Source: Paraphysomonas bandaiensis
Lineage: Eukaryota; Protista; Chrysophyceae
Assembly (NCBI GenBank): GCA_965644295.1
Contig: CBFFRP010000182.1
Coordinates: 271,569 to 335,568, forward strand
DNA length: 64,000 bases
Direction: 5' to 3'
Shown here: positions 39,601-50,300 of the stretch, piece after piece
How positions within the stretch are numbered: the stretch's first letter is position 1
Layout of the letters: every line of letters begins with the position of its first letter
The notes under the pieces: model-generated
The model's input: the letters and a program-made list of their open reading frames with translations, nothing else
Told to the model about the DNA's origin: nothing
The model's database searches: none
Position numbers and translations under genes: made by a program

Positions 39601-41406
39601 TGCTGGAGGTGAAAATGGTCCAGTAAAATCAACTGCTATAAGTCCTCCAAGCTCCTGCGATCTTCTGGTTTTTGTCGGTATCATTTGCCTTGTCTCGCGC
39701 CTATGTTTCCTCCTGTGAGCCTTGCCTTGTGCGCAGCCATCACAAAGGCCTTCTGGTAGCTGTGGCGAGCTCAGGTCGGATTTTGAAATAGTGATTCCTT
39801 TCACAAGATTCAACTTTAGTGCTTTTTGAATTAAGCCAATGGATGCGTGGGTCAACCTTCGATGTGCCAGGGAGATCGAGGAACCGCTTGATGTAGATGC
39901 CAAGTTGCACTGGTCTTGGATGTAACCTAAATCGGATAATTTGATCTCGTATAGACCGTTTTGTTTCCTGGCTGTGGTTAGCAAAATTCCATCGTGGTAT
40001 ACGCGTGCCTCGTTTGGTCCGAATATAATATTGCAGTTGGCGTCTGTTGTCAACTGGCTGATAGAAATTAAAGTCTTTGACGCGTCTGGAACTAGCCTGC
40101 ACTTGCTAATCAGTCCAAGCTTGCCGTATCCCAATGCCTGCATTTCTGATCCTGATTTGGCGGTGTAAATTGTGGTTTGATCGTAAGTGAATTCGGAGAG
40201 TAAGCTTCGTGCTGCTGTAATTGATATTGTGCAGCCAGAGTCTAGAATGCCAAATTCCTGCTTCTCGTGTTCCGTATGTAGGACGTGGTTGTCTGTGATC
40301 ATCCCAGAGAATGCACTGTAGTCATTGTCATCGTTTGGCCCCTCATCGTCATAGTCTTCCAGTCTTAAGTTCGAATCCCGATGACTGTTTCTTGGGTATT
40401 TTGATGATGTGTTCTTGGAGTGATGCCCTTTCCCTCTTTTGTCGTCGTTTCGTTTGTTTGTGGACTTCTGCATCTGTTGTATGTGTTCCCACGAGTGCTT
40501 GCACTCTGCTGCAATGTGGTTGGATCCATTGCATCTGAAGCACTTAACTTCGCGCGAGGCTCTTGTGACTTTGCTGGGCTTGTTGAATTTCTTCTGTTTT
40601 CGCTGCCCGTTGTTGTGCTTCTGCTTCTTCGGTAGACGGGGGTTAAACGGCTGTTTGCCTGTTGAGCTGTAGTTTGCGCTGTCCCGTTTGGTTTCCGTAT
40701 TTTGTGATAGTAGGGAGCCTACAGTGGAATGCTCGAATGCTCTCAATCTTCTTATCAGCGTTTTATAATCATCAATTGGGTTCATTTGGAGGTTGATTGC
40801 CAGGTCCTTATAGGTCTGGTTCTCATTTGAGACCATCCCTTGTCGTATTCTTGAAATAAGGTCTTGTTCAGAGACTTTGTGGCCATGTGTAGCGAGCTTT
40901 AATCGCAATTTTTCGACTTCGTCCAGGAATTGATTGATTGTTTGAGCTTGCTTGATTTTGATTGATTGCAGTTGGCCAATGAGGTCGGTTATCGTATCAT
41001 TTGAGGTCTTGTCTTTGAAATGCTTTTCGATCTCTGACCATGCCCTTTTTCCATCTCCTTCAGGGACTGTTTCGATAATACCCTCTGCTTCCTCGTTTTG
41101 GCCAATCACCGCGCTGGATAGAAGTGACCATAGGTAATTGTTGCCCTCCTCGAAATACTGCATATTTTCGTCGTAGGCGTTTTTCCTGTATAGGTAGTCC
41201 TCTTCTGTTTCTTCCTCTTGACGTATAGGCTCCTCTGGCGCATCGTTTCTTAGGATGTATACTATCTTAGGCTTACGAAAGAACCAGGCTCTACTTTTCT
41301 TCTGCCATTTTGAGAAGTTCTTGGCGTCGAAGGGTGGCATGGAATCCTTCCTCTTGTCCGATGAGTCGGAGTCGGAGTTATCGTAACTGTTAGTCTTAGA
41401 ACTCAT
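36643..41406 (-). CDS. Copia Gag-Pol polyprotein (1587 aa)
   Basis: Zn knuckle CFRCNGSNHIAAEC; protease ILDSGCT; HRRLTH..CDGC; integrase 'AVDFTGP','HADGGRE','NPIQER'; RT 'KARLVAQGFSQ','LKSIYGLKQS','YVDD'; RNase H 'ADSDWA','STEAEY','ADILTK'. Confidence 0.95.
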   Translation of the reverse strand: MSSKTNSYDNSDSDSSDKRKDSMPPFDAKNFSKWQKKSRAWFFRKPKIVYILRNDAPEEPIRQEEETEEDYLYRKNAYDENMQYFEEGNNYLWSLLSSAVIGQNEEAEGIIETVPEGDGKRAWSEIEKHFKDKTSNDTITDLIGQLQSIKIKQAQTINQFLDEVEKLRLKLATHGHKVSEQDLISRIRQGMVSNENQTYKDLAINLQMNPIDDYKTLIRRLRAFEHSTVGSLLSQNTETKRDSANYSSTGKQPFNPRLPKKQKHNNGQRKQKKFNKPSKVTRASREVKCFRCNGSNHIAAECKHSWEHIQQMQKSTNKRNDDKRGKGHHSKNTSSKYPRNSHRDSNLRLEDYDDEGPNDDNDYSAFSGMITDNHVLHTEHEKQEFGILDSGCTISITAARSLLSEFTYDQTTIYTAKSGSEMQALGYGKLGLISKCRLVPDASKTLISISQLTTDANCNIIFGPNEARVYHDGILLTTARKQNGLYEIKLSDLGYIQDQCNLASTSSGSSISLAHRRLTHASIGLIQKALKLNLVKGITISKSDLSSPQLPEGLCDGCAQGKAHRRKHRRETRQMIPTKTRRSQELGGLIAVDFTGPFSPPAIVTGNTVVFGATDAASRYSWTFYGKHRTEDFVIECIQKIVDYLHSKGKRLIHYHADGGRELVSHRVLNLLRKLGSTWTFNAPYTPEDNPIQERPWRTTKERTLASICNSGLPPNFWEQAMSTVTHMKNRLPCATAKGFISPYQFIHDEAPDLSYARIWGCKCHTFIDKSQRRNDWSPHSHIGYFMGYREDGPGYVIYVPSLKDFVISSHVFFNECIPDVKENYYAEIESSLREENSENRTTESFQYLVGMTHTDPQDGLQYITTRITVIKGHVAAYRGLAPRENEGRVIELNDPIHAADIERYTAEHFSYQNAVSPPQEEPGCPVEGTAPGRSSSTDSRHDATRGGSHSHLRGPYSNEKEARPRRTAEAQRNTVPKEARGDNKRDHPARKVKRAIKTVNSQGDRSRQSPDGTITGVRTPHRHKVSRCVKKSLHSKRQTRKRVIMNVHKFGDNIYHCDVDKRYLYNHKTPDKHDSYRTLYMNDVDIIMHANDTCSNDVPNTPNNVGEALSGRYKEQWLKAINKEIKSLESKGCWRITTPPANSNIIRGKFVFRVKVKRDEVTFKARLVAQGFSQVEGKDYNETYSPVAKATSMRTVIALATILGLELHQVDFSTAYINADLQEEIYMYPPAGLNVPNGKVLRLLKSIYGLKQSGLNWYKCCTNYLLDCGFTRLVSDPCIFTKSINGRPIILAVYVDDIIIAGKSRTDIIQIKNSLAEKFDIHDLGLLDYYLGIFVKQDIQNRTTTLNQSQYIRNLLHRFNMEDCKPRSHPMTTNFHIDILEKKQLSQENQEFVQNFPYKELIAALNILRYLKGTIDQGLQYSGKSVTLTGFADSDWARCNLTRRSTTAFCFFIGNCLISWQSRLQTTVALSSTEAEYMALSTACQEAIWLRSLLSELGFHMPYSTTIWCDNKGAIQLCLNPVHHRRTKHIAIRYHFIREQVASHSIIVDYMPTNEMLADILTKPLTSNTFHRLRDSLMGGRYQHTC

Positions 41407-41415
41407 CCGCTGCCA
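41407..41415 (-). other. Putative primer-binding site TGGCAGCGG (tRNA-Leu-like)
   Basis: Lies directly between the 5' LTR and the gag ATG; complementary to the CCGCTGCCA 3' sequence of many eukaryotic tRNA-Leu. Confidence 0.65.
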
Positions 41416-41673
41416 AAATAAGATTTAAGGTTAGTCTTAATATTTAGTAAGAATATACTTGATATTATTAGAGATAAAGATTGAACGATAAGGCCTAATA
41501 GTATAATAGCAAGACACGTTTGAGCAGAGCGTTAGCACCACACACATGTACGTATCTTGTACAGTCGCGTATCATGTATAGTTTGGTAATTATTCAGTCT
41601 ATTTGGTATTTCATTGTATATGTGTGTTGTATTCACGCGTTAAGAGATATATGTGAATCAATGACTCCTAATA
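41416..41673 (-). repeat. 5' LTR of Copia-1
   Basis: Identical to 36150-36407. Confidence 0.95.
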
Positions 41674-42246
41674 CCAAGCCCACCAGTTATTTGATACAAA
41701 GCAACAAGAATTTCCAGAGCTGCATCCATACTTTTCCTGAATGCAAACATTGTTGCCAGTGCAAATTTTGAGAAGGCAGTGGCTAAAATTCAAGGGAACG
41801 ATGAAAGAGAGTTGACAGGCAATGAGAGAAGAGCAGTTAGACATCTGCACCCATTGATGTTGGTGCACCCGACAGACGACAGATCCTGATGTGCCAGTGG
41901 AGATCCTGATGTTACAATTCGTAGTCTGCTATTTAATTAAAAATTAGTAATTAAGGGAGCACCACACTATCTATTATGAGCAGTATTATCTACTTTAAGT
42001 TAGTAGGTATTAATGGCCATATTAATTGCCGGGACATTTTTCATTAATGCCATCATAATTGCCGGGAACTGGGCTACCATTAATGGGCCATTAATGCATG
42101 GTTACCAGGCCCTAGAGTGTATACCAGTCACCCCAAGTACATACAAGCAAGAGACAACCAAAAGAAAGGACTATATTACAATGATTTACACGCTTTCAGA
42201 AATTTAGTTTCTATTGCTAACATAACTCCATGATGGGACAGTTTAG

Positions 42247-43635
42247 CTATATACTATTACTGTTCACACTGTGGTTGCCGAACTCTATCATGTGACTGCT
42301 TGTACGCATCCTTTCTGAACTGTCATCGCGATTGTCAGCTGACTTCGTTGCAAGTACAATTCTGAACGCAGAACACACTTCACATCTAACCCACATAGCC
42401 AGAACAACTAGTACAAGCATTGTATAGATGCCAGGCAGAAGGTGGGCCTTAATATGAATGTAATCATCAATGCCAGAGTTGGTAAGCATGGGCTCAAGTT
42501 CGTGTATAACCACAACAGCTGACACCAGGAAGACATCCAAACACGAAAAATGAGATATGAAGTCAAAGAGAACGTCTAAATGCATCATATTACGCGTGCT
42601 CATTGGTACAAACCACATGACTGCTAGCAGCACTTGCTGTGCCACTGGACACATAGTGACGAAGAATGCAGCTGCCCTACAGAGAGCTCGGTTCAATGCT
42701 GCGTGTCGTTGTGTCTGCCACATGTATTGAATCGCCTCGAATACAGTATATTTAGCCCCACCTAATGATACCCCACGAGCAGTATAGTGAGCCTCGAAGA
42801 CAGGCACCGTAAACATAGAGCCGATGTAGAACACCCAGATAAAAAGCAGTATGCAACTCAACACACAGCGATAGAGTGACTGATAAGTGCACCTCAAAGT
42901 TGGAAAGTAAAGGAAGGCGACATTCTGTACCTCCTCAGCACCACACCATATGTGGTTTGTTGATATGCATCCTTCTGAGGATTCTCTATCAGAAAGATCT
43001 ATCCCAGGTACAGAAGCATACGCGCGATTCAGGTTCAATGGGAGTTCAAGCGAGGGCTTGATTGTGGCTTTTACCCAATGCACCGCTGCGGTACTGGTGA
43101 GTTGTGAACATATAAGACCTGCCATGAAAGTGACCAGTCCCTCTAACACCTCAGTGTGAAGGTCGGATCGCACATGAAATCTCAAAATTTTTAATTCTGC
43201 TTGACGATGTACAATTACACACATCATGGCCACCATCCACACATCCACAAACGACCACTTTCCAAGACGACTCAACCATCGCACACAGCTGAGCCGCCAA
43301 TGAGCAGTGGTAGAGTGGTCTATGGTATGGAGCAAAAGAATTCCACATAGTAGAGCTAGTTTCACATATGGCCACACTCCAGACCAGAAGAGAAGAACAG
43401 TGAACAGAACATACATTTTATCCTCCCACAATTGATGTACCCCGCCCCATAAGCTGTACTGGAAAGCCTCACCCGATATCCTCAGTCGCTTTATAGAATA
43501 CTTAATAACAAAAGAGTCTTGAAACTGCCCTCTGACGAGTAAGAAGACCGACACAGCAACAGCCATACAAAATAGCACACATATACCCCTATGAGTCATG
43601 CTCGTCCTGTTCATATGACTACCTTGATTGATCAT
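42247..43635 (-). CDS. PqiA-like (paraquat-inducible protein A) multi-pass membrane protein with two PqiA halves
   Basis: Intronless 462-aa hydrophobic ORF; 'LLFWSGVWPYVKL', 'LSRLGKWSFVDVWMVA' and a second copy 'FISHFSCLDVFLVS'. Confidence 0.75.
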   Translation of the reverse strand: MINQGSHMNRTSMTHRGICVLFCMAVAVSVFLLVRGQFQDSFVIKYSIKRLRISGEAFQYSLWGGVHQLWEDKMYVLFTVLLFWSGVWPYVKLALLCGILLLHTIDHSTTAHWRLSCVRWLSRLGKWSFVDVWMVAMMCVIVHRQAELKILRFHVRSDLHTEVLEGLVTFMAGLICSQLTSTAAVHWVKATIKPSLELPLNLNRAYASVPGIDLSDRESSEGCISTNHIWCGAEEVQNVAFLYFPTLRCTYQSLYRCVLSCILLFIWVFYIGSMFTVPVFEAHYTARGVSLGGAKYTVFEAIQYMWQTQRHAALNRALCRAAAFFVTMCPVAQQVLLAVMWFVPMSTRNMMHLDVLFDFISHFSCLDVFLVSAVVVIHELEPMLTNSGIDDYIHIKAHLLPGIYTMLVLVVLAMWVRCEVCSAFRIVLATKSADNRDDSSERMRTSSHMIEFGNHSVNSNSI

Positions 43636-44151
43636 TCTACTCGACTATCCTCTAGAACAGTGTTTGAATATAGTTAAGTTTTATATACCTATAGCTGATA
43701 GAAATGCAATGGTTTTTATCTACATCACTGTGTCATGCAATGCACTCCCACATAGGAATGATAATCTTTTCATAGGAGGCATGTATGATCAGTGGGACAT
43801 GATGCAGTGTGCAATACCAAGATGCTTATGACGTATATGCCTACTATATATACACTACTCAACGACTACGAACTATACCATATGGTGTATACGTAGAGTG
43901 TATACGTCAACTGTGTATATAGCTGCATACGTAGTTGATGTTCTATATTCCATATACATATATGTATATATGTACTGCTGTACATCCACTATCCGCAGTA
44001 TATACGGTATATGGTATACACTGTAGGAAGTGTTGTATGTATGTAGCAACCTGACTGGAAAATCCATACACAAACTCCCTATAGAGAATAGTGTATACTG
44101 TACACCTCCATTAAATGGTCGGTTAAATAGCCCCATTTATCCAATCACTCA

Positions 44152-46258
44152 ATGTATTCACCCCTCTTTATTTTTACTGCCCTTTTCGGGCTTACCGCGT
44201 CCATGGACGCCGATCCCCCTCAACTGGATGTGGTTCCTTATCCCCAAGAGGTTAAGTTGGGATCAGGATATCTGCAGCTAGATGATCACTTCCTTATGGA
44301 TATTAACAAATGTTCAGCTGACTGTGATGTTCTTCAAAGAGCTATGGAGCGGTATATGAAGATTATCACACAGCCACCGGGATCAACCGGGACCACTTTC
44401 AGACTATCAATATTTGAGAATCGCATTAATACCACTGAACCAAACGGTCCACCTGGAAAACTTATGAGATTGAACATCATTACTACCGCACAAGTACGGG
44501 GTATTCGAGTCATTGTGTATGTATTTAATATTTGCTGGTTGTGTTGATAGGACTCCGTGGAACTGCAACTCGGGGTGGATGAGAGCTATGAAATAGACAT
44601 TCCGTCTGGCCTGAATGCTGACGCGCAAGAAGCTACACTCACCGCGTCCACCACTTGGGGTGCATTGCGAGGATTGGAAACTTTTGCACAGCTTGTTCAG
44701 TACCAGTCAACTGTCGATGGACTGTCCGGGTATGATATGCAACCACATGACCCGTTTTTGTTAACCCGCTGCACAGATATGTCATCAAGTGGTCACCAAT
44801 GAACATAGTTGACGCTCCTAGGTATCCATGGCGCGGTGTATTAGTTGATACCGCCAGGCACTATTTGTCTGTTCCACTGTTGCAGCGCACAGTGGACACC
44901 ATGGCGGCCATGAAGCTCAACGTTCTTCACTGGCATATTGTGGACGCAGAATCTTTCCCATATGTATCAGAGAAATACCCAGGTATGTTGCACTCTAATC
45001 CTCCACGTGTTATCGATTTAACAGTCAGTTTAGAATTGCAGTCGAAGGCCACTTACCACCCTTCTGCCTCCTACTCCAAGGACACTATCAAGGATCTCAT
45101 CGCTTATGCCAGGGACCGTGGAGTACGCATCATGCCCGAGTTTGACACACCTGGACATACGGCTGCCATTGGACAAGCGTATCCCGACCTCATAGCTGAT
45201 TGCTATGACTGGATGGTAGAGTATTATGGCACGAATTTGAGATGGTCTCTCTTCGACAACGTTGCTCTTGACGTAACGAAAGATGCTACAAAAAAATTCG
45301 CAGCGGACATTATATCCGAGATGGCCGAATTATTCCCAGACGACTACTTTCATGTAAGCTTCTGTGCATGTTAGTTCATTTGAATGTATAGCTTGTGCAG
45401 CCTTTAGTGGCCATAGAGTGTGTAATTTAGTGTATAACAGATTGGTGGTGATGAGGTCAACCAAGGATGCTGGGGTGCCGTGCCCTCCATCAACTCTTGG
45501 ATGCAAGAGAATGGGTTTGCCGAATACAATACTAGTACACAGAGTTGGGAATACGATTACACTGCCCTACAAGGGTAAGTATGCTTCTTGTTTTTAGATG
45601 CGTATATTCTCTAACGCTTTCTTGTCACGGTTAGAGCTTGGACAGAGTTTGTGCAGGTGATATGTTTTTTTCTGTGTTTGCAAGTCTCATTTCGTCATAG
45701 GGTGTAACAGCGTCTCATAAAAAACACGCTATGGTTTGGGAAGAGTCCTTTTCTCTTGGATTTAATCTAGCCAAAGACACTGTTGTACATGTATGGCTTC
45801 CGGATGATGGTAGTGACATTCTCCAACGAGTGCTGGAAGCACAGCACCGAGTCGTGCTATCCAACGGCTGGTATTTGGACCGCCAGGCCCCTACCTGTGT
45901 GGATGACAGCGTCTGTGAGGTGAACTGGATGTGGATTTGGTCTGGGCGGGACATGTATGAAGTTGAGCCCCTTGCTCCCTCACTTTCCGGATGGACGCCT
46001 AGTGAGGAGCAGGAAAAGCTCATCCTGGGTGGAGAAGCTGCATCCTGGGGTGAGTCTACCGACGATAAGAACTTCGACGCACGGGTATGGTCGAGAACCC
46101 CTGGTATTGCAGAGCGCCTGTGGTCACCGCGATCGTACAACGACCCATGGAACCTGCAACCTAGAATATCTGCTTTAGCATGCAATCTCGCCCGAAGAGG
46201 AGTGGCTATTGCTGACTCGCAGCCTGCCTTTTGTGATTACTATAATGGAAATCTCTAA
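44152..46258 (+). CDS. Beta-N-acetylhexosaminidase (GH20), secreted/lysosomal, multi-exon
   Basis: Signal peptide; 'VDESY','WGALRGLETFAQL','PRYPWRGVLVDTARHY','KLNVLHWHIVDAESFP','PEFDTPGHT', catalytic H-IGGDEV across an intron, 'ILGGEAASWGE','AERLWS'. Confidence 0.93.
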
Positions 46259-47304
46259 CAGGTTTCAATGTTATCACTGTGACTAGAAGTATACCAGTTG
46301 TCATGTTCTGTTAATGTTACGACTACAATACAAGGGTTGATTGAGGGCAGGGAGTTTGTGCGATTTAGTATTACTTGTAACTAAGTACACTCGAATTATT
46401 GGTGGAATCTAGATCCCTTGACAAGCGCGACAGTATTGACGATAATTATAACTCTTATAACTCATAAGCCTAATACTTTTATAATATTTAGCTTGACTGC
46501 ATTATTAGTTGAACATGTAATTATTGAAGGAAAGCTTAATTTTCCGCTACGTATACCATATACACATATACTACATCCTACATCGATCACTCCTATTTCA
46601 TCCACAGCACTGAGCCTAAACTTTTATTCCTGCAAATACAACTAAGGATTGGCACTATGATCATGAGAAGGCCTTATCTAGGAATGGCACTATATGCACT
46701 GATCTATATACCAATCTTTCAATGACCATGTTGTGTCCACAGGTCTAACATAACACTGCAGAGGAATGTACACGTCCAGACATCACATCCATCATCTACA
46801 CGCAAGATCATAACATAAACAAAAAACTGAAATATATTCGACCATTCAAGATATTCCAGTTGTAGATTGCACAAGACCGTTAAAAAAAACATTGCAAAAA
46901 AAACTGTCAACTTAATTTTAAACGACTATTTTACCTAACTGAAAAAAAAATGAAGTTAACATGAAATTATATATATAAAAATCTGTATATAGAATGTATT
47001 GTATGTATGTATGAACACACTTCGACTTCTTTTTTCTATATACAGTGAATCTCAGTATAGAGATAGAGAAAAGTTGTAGTAGCAAATCTTTCATTTGGTC
47101 GTTAATAATCGTGTATGCATACATATACATACATACATATATAGAGAGAGAGTATTATCTTATATATATATAATCAGACTGTATCACAAGTGTGAAGGGG
47201 TATATTAATCATTTCCCATTCACTTATTCACGTATTATATCTGATCATTTAACTCATACGTCTGTTACTTGATTGTTTTATTGAGTTTTGTAGTAAATAT
47301 ACAG

Positions 47305-50300
47305 ATGAGTACAACTCGTGTAAAACAAAGGCTACAAGCGATATTAAAACAGCGTGGAGTACGTGGATTAATAGGTCTACAACAAGCATTTCAAGAGTTT
47401 GATTTAGACAAGAATGGAAACTTGTCATGGGAAGAGTTTAATTTGTAAGTATATGTATGTATGTACAAGAGTATATGTATGTATATATTAGTATAGATAC
47501 ACCTAATAGTGAACCTTAAATTATATATCCATTGTATATAAATGTAATATGGATTTTATTACAGTGCACTGCAAAAATGTGGACTGGCGCCATCTCCACA
47601 GGATGCGAGATCATTGTTTCTTGAGTTTGATTCTGATGGAAGTAATGAAATATCATACCGTGAATTTATTTATCAGTTAAGGGTACGTGTAATGTATTCA
47701 GTGGTGATATTTTGACATACCAGTATTGCTACCCCAGGGTGAGCTCAGCGCACGCAGGAGAAACATTATTACCCGCATATTTGAAGGCATCGATAGGTAC
47801 GATGAAGTATTAGTACGAATTCATTGTTTATTTGCTGGTGTAGTGATGGAGATGGTATAATATCTATGACTGATATTGGCGGCTGCTTCAACCCAAAAAA
47901 TCACCCCGATGTGCGGTCTGGCAAAACTACTGTGCCAATCCTCCTGCATGACTTTTTTGAGACTTTCAACACTGTGACTACTAACGGATACGTTTCATTG
48001 GAGCAATTTCTGGAATATTATGCTAACGCTGCGTTTTTTGAGGACGATGCCACCTTTGAGAGTACAATGTCATCAGTGTGGAACATCTCTCGCCGTGCCC
48101 CTCCAACTGGTGGCAAGTCACAATCATTACAACATATTGCCTCTGCTCGATCTGCTGACTCTGCTTCGATTCAAGGAGATATGTCCGAGCAAACGGCTCT
48201 AGCGGAACTTAAGGCTCAATTGCATGCTAGAGGTGCGCGTGGTATCATTGGTCTCTCTCGAAAGTTCCGTATTATGGACGACGATGGTAGTAAGTCGCTC
48301 TCTTTGTCGGAGTTTAAGAAAGGCATCAGAGAATGTTCTTTAAAACTATCAGAGTTAGAATTAAATGAGTTATTTTCTCATTTTGATCGGGATCGTAGTG
48401 GATCTGTGGACTACGAAGAGTTCCTTGCAGGCCTTCGGGTACGTATGTGACATATTATCTGCATTCGCCTGACACTACTGTCACAGGGAAACATGTCACA
48501 TCGGCGAAAGACACTTGTCGGAATGGCATTCTCAAAAATGGATAAAACTGGAGATGGAATAATTGATCCAGAGGATGTTATCGACACATATGATGCAAGC
48601 AAACATCCTGATGTGCTTGCCGGTAAGAAAACGTCTGATGAGGTACTTCGTGAGTTTTTGGATACGTTTGATGTGGGTGGAGAAAAAGATGGCAAAGTAA
48701 CCCGAAACGAATTCATGAACTACTACGCGAATGTTAGCTCATCAATTGACGATGATGATTACTTCGAGCTGATGATTCGCAACGCCTGGCATATTAGTGG
48801 CGGAGAGGGTTGGTCTGCGAACAGTGCTAATCGCCGTGTACTTGTCACTCACCGGGACGGACGGCAGACGGTGGAGGAGATTAAGGATGATCTCGGACTG
48901 AAAGCGGATGATAAGAACGGGATGATTGCTCGGCTGAAGGCACAGGGTATTGATGCTGCAAATATTAGTATACATGATGGTATTGAGGACAAATCTCCTG
49001 GGCAGATTCGGCCGTCCACAGCTTCGATTCTTGAACGCTATAAGAGTGCTGCTGGTGCAGCTGAGGCTCCTCAGAATCGTCGAAGCTTGGGGGCTCAACC
49101 GTCGTCGCTCGTGGCAGAGGCGATGGGTGGTCTCTCTCTCATGAGCAGTAGTGCTCCTCCCAGCAGACCCAATACTGCTCCAGTCAGCGTGCGCAGTGCG
49201 CCCACTGCAGGACTTCAGATGATTATAGCAAAGCTGAAGCAACAACTGAAGTCTCGAGGTGGTAACGGATTTATTAGTCTCCAACGAAAATTCCGCATTA
49301 TGGACGATGATGGCAGTAAGTCGCTTAACATGGCTGAGTTCAAGAAGGCAATGAAAGAAATGACTCTAGGTCTATCGGACCCTGAAATGAGAATGCTCTT
49401 TGATCACTTTGACGCTGACCGAAGTGGGTCAATTGATTTTGAGGAATTTATTCAAGGAGTGCGAGACCCACTCAATGAAAGACGTTTACGTCTAGTTCAT
49501 ATGGCTTTTAGTCGTCTTGACAAAGATGGAAGTGGACTTGTGGATGCCGCTGATATCGCCAGTTGTTATGATGCAAGTAAGCATCCTGACGTACTTTCCG
49601 GTAAGAAGGCCCCAAGAGAAGTACTGGAGGAGTTTCTTGACACCTTTGATGTGGGTGAGGAGAAGGATGGAAAGGTGACACGAAATGAGTTCGAAAACTA
49701 TTACACCAACATCGGTGCTAATATTGATAACGATGATTACTTCGAACTGATGATTCGTAACGCCTGGCATATAAGTGGCGGAGAGGGTTGGTCTGCGAAC
49801 AGTGCTAATCGCCGTGTGCTTGTTACTGACCGTGATGGTCGGGAGTCTGTACAAGAGATCAAGGACGACCTTGGTCTTAAGGCTGGTGACAATGCAGCTG
49901 CTATTGCACGTTTGCGGAAGCAAGGTGTTATGGCGTCGAGTATCAGTTTCAGTGATGGTACTGAGGAAAAGCAACAAACACCGCCAAAGAAAGTAAAGCC
50001 GATTTTCTCTCTTCGTGATGCTTCCACAAAACAGCATAATGAGCCTGCGTCATCCTTTGAGAGTCGCCGGGAAGAACCGACTGCTCTAAGTCCAGAGGTA
50101 CAGGTTGCTTTGCAGGGGCCGGTTCGTGAGCCAACTGCTGTTTCTTCAAAATATGATCCACCCTCGACGTTCTCGAAGCACTCGAACAGCAGTGGATTGG
50201 TGTCCTCCACGCCTAACTATGGTCTACAAATGATTATTAAGAGGATCAAAGATGAAATGAAGTCAAGAGGTGCTCACGGCTTCATTGGAATGCAGCGCAA

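Larger units (their letters stand above)
36150..41673 (-). mobile_element. Full-length Ty1/Copia LTR retrotransposon, recent insertion
   Basis: Two identical 258-bp LTRs, 5-bp TSD ccaag (36145-36149, 41674-41678), PBS, PPT and a single gag-pol ORF in PR-IN-RT-RH order. Confidence 0.97.
36067..41850 (+). pseudogene. hAT-like transposase remnant split by the Copia element
   Basis: Removing the Copia and one TSD restores 'LKLYLTQLEKLQSVTLALEKDGTNLYQAHQLFD..QEFPELHPY', followed after a frameshift by 'NANIVASANFEKAVAKIQGNDERELTGNERRAVRHL', typical of stramenopile hAT-like transposases. Confidence 0.7.
35118..42114 (+). mobile_element. Defective hAT-type DNA transposon (host of the Copia insertion)
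   Basis: TIRs cagggcctggtaacc / ggttaccaggcccta; perfect 8-bp TSD gagtgtat at 35110-35117 and 42115-42122; subterminal attaatgg repeats; internal transposase remnants. Confidence 0.9.
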
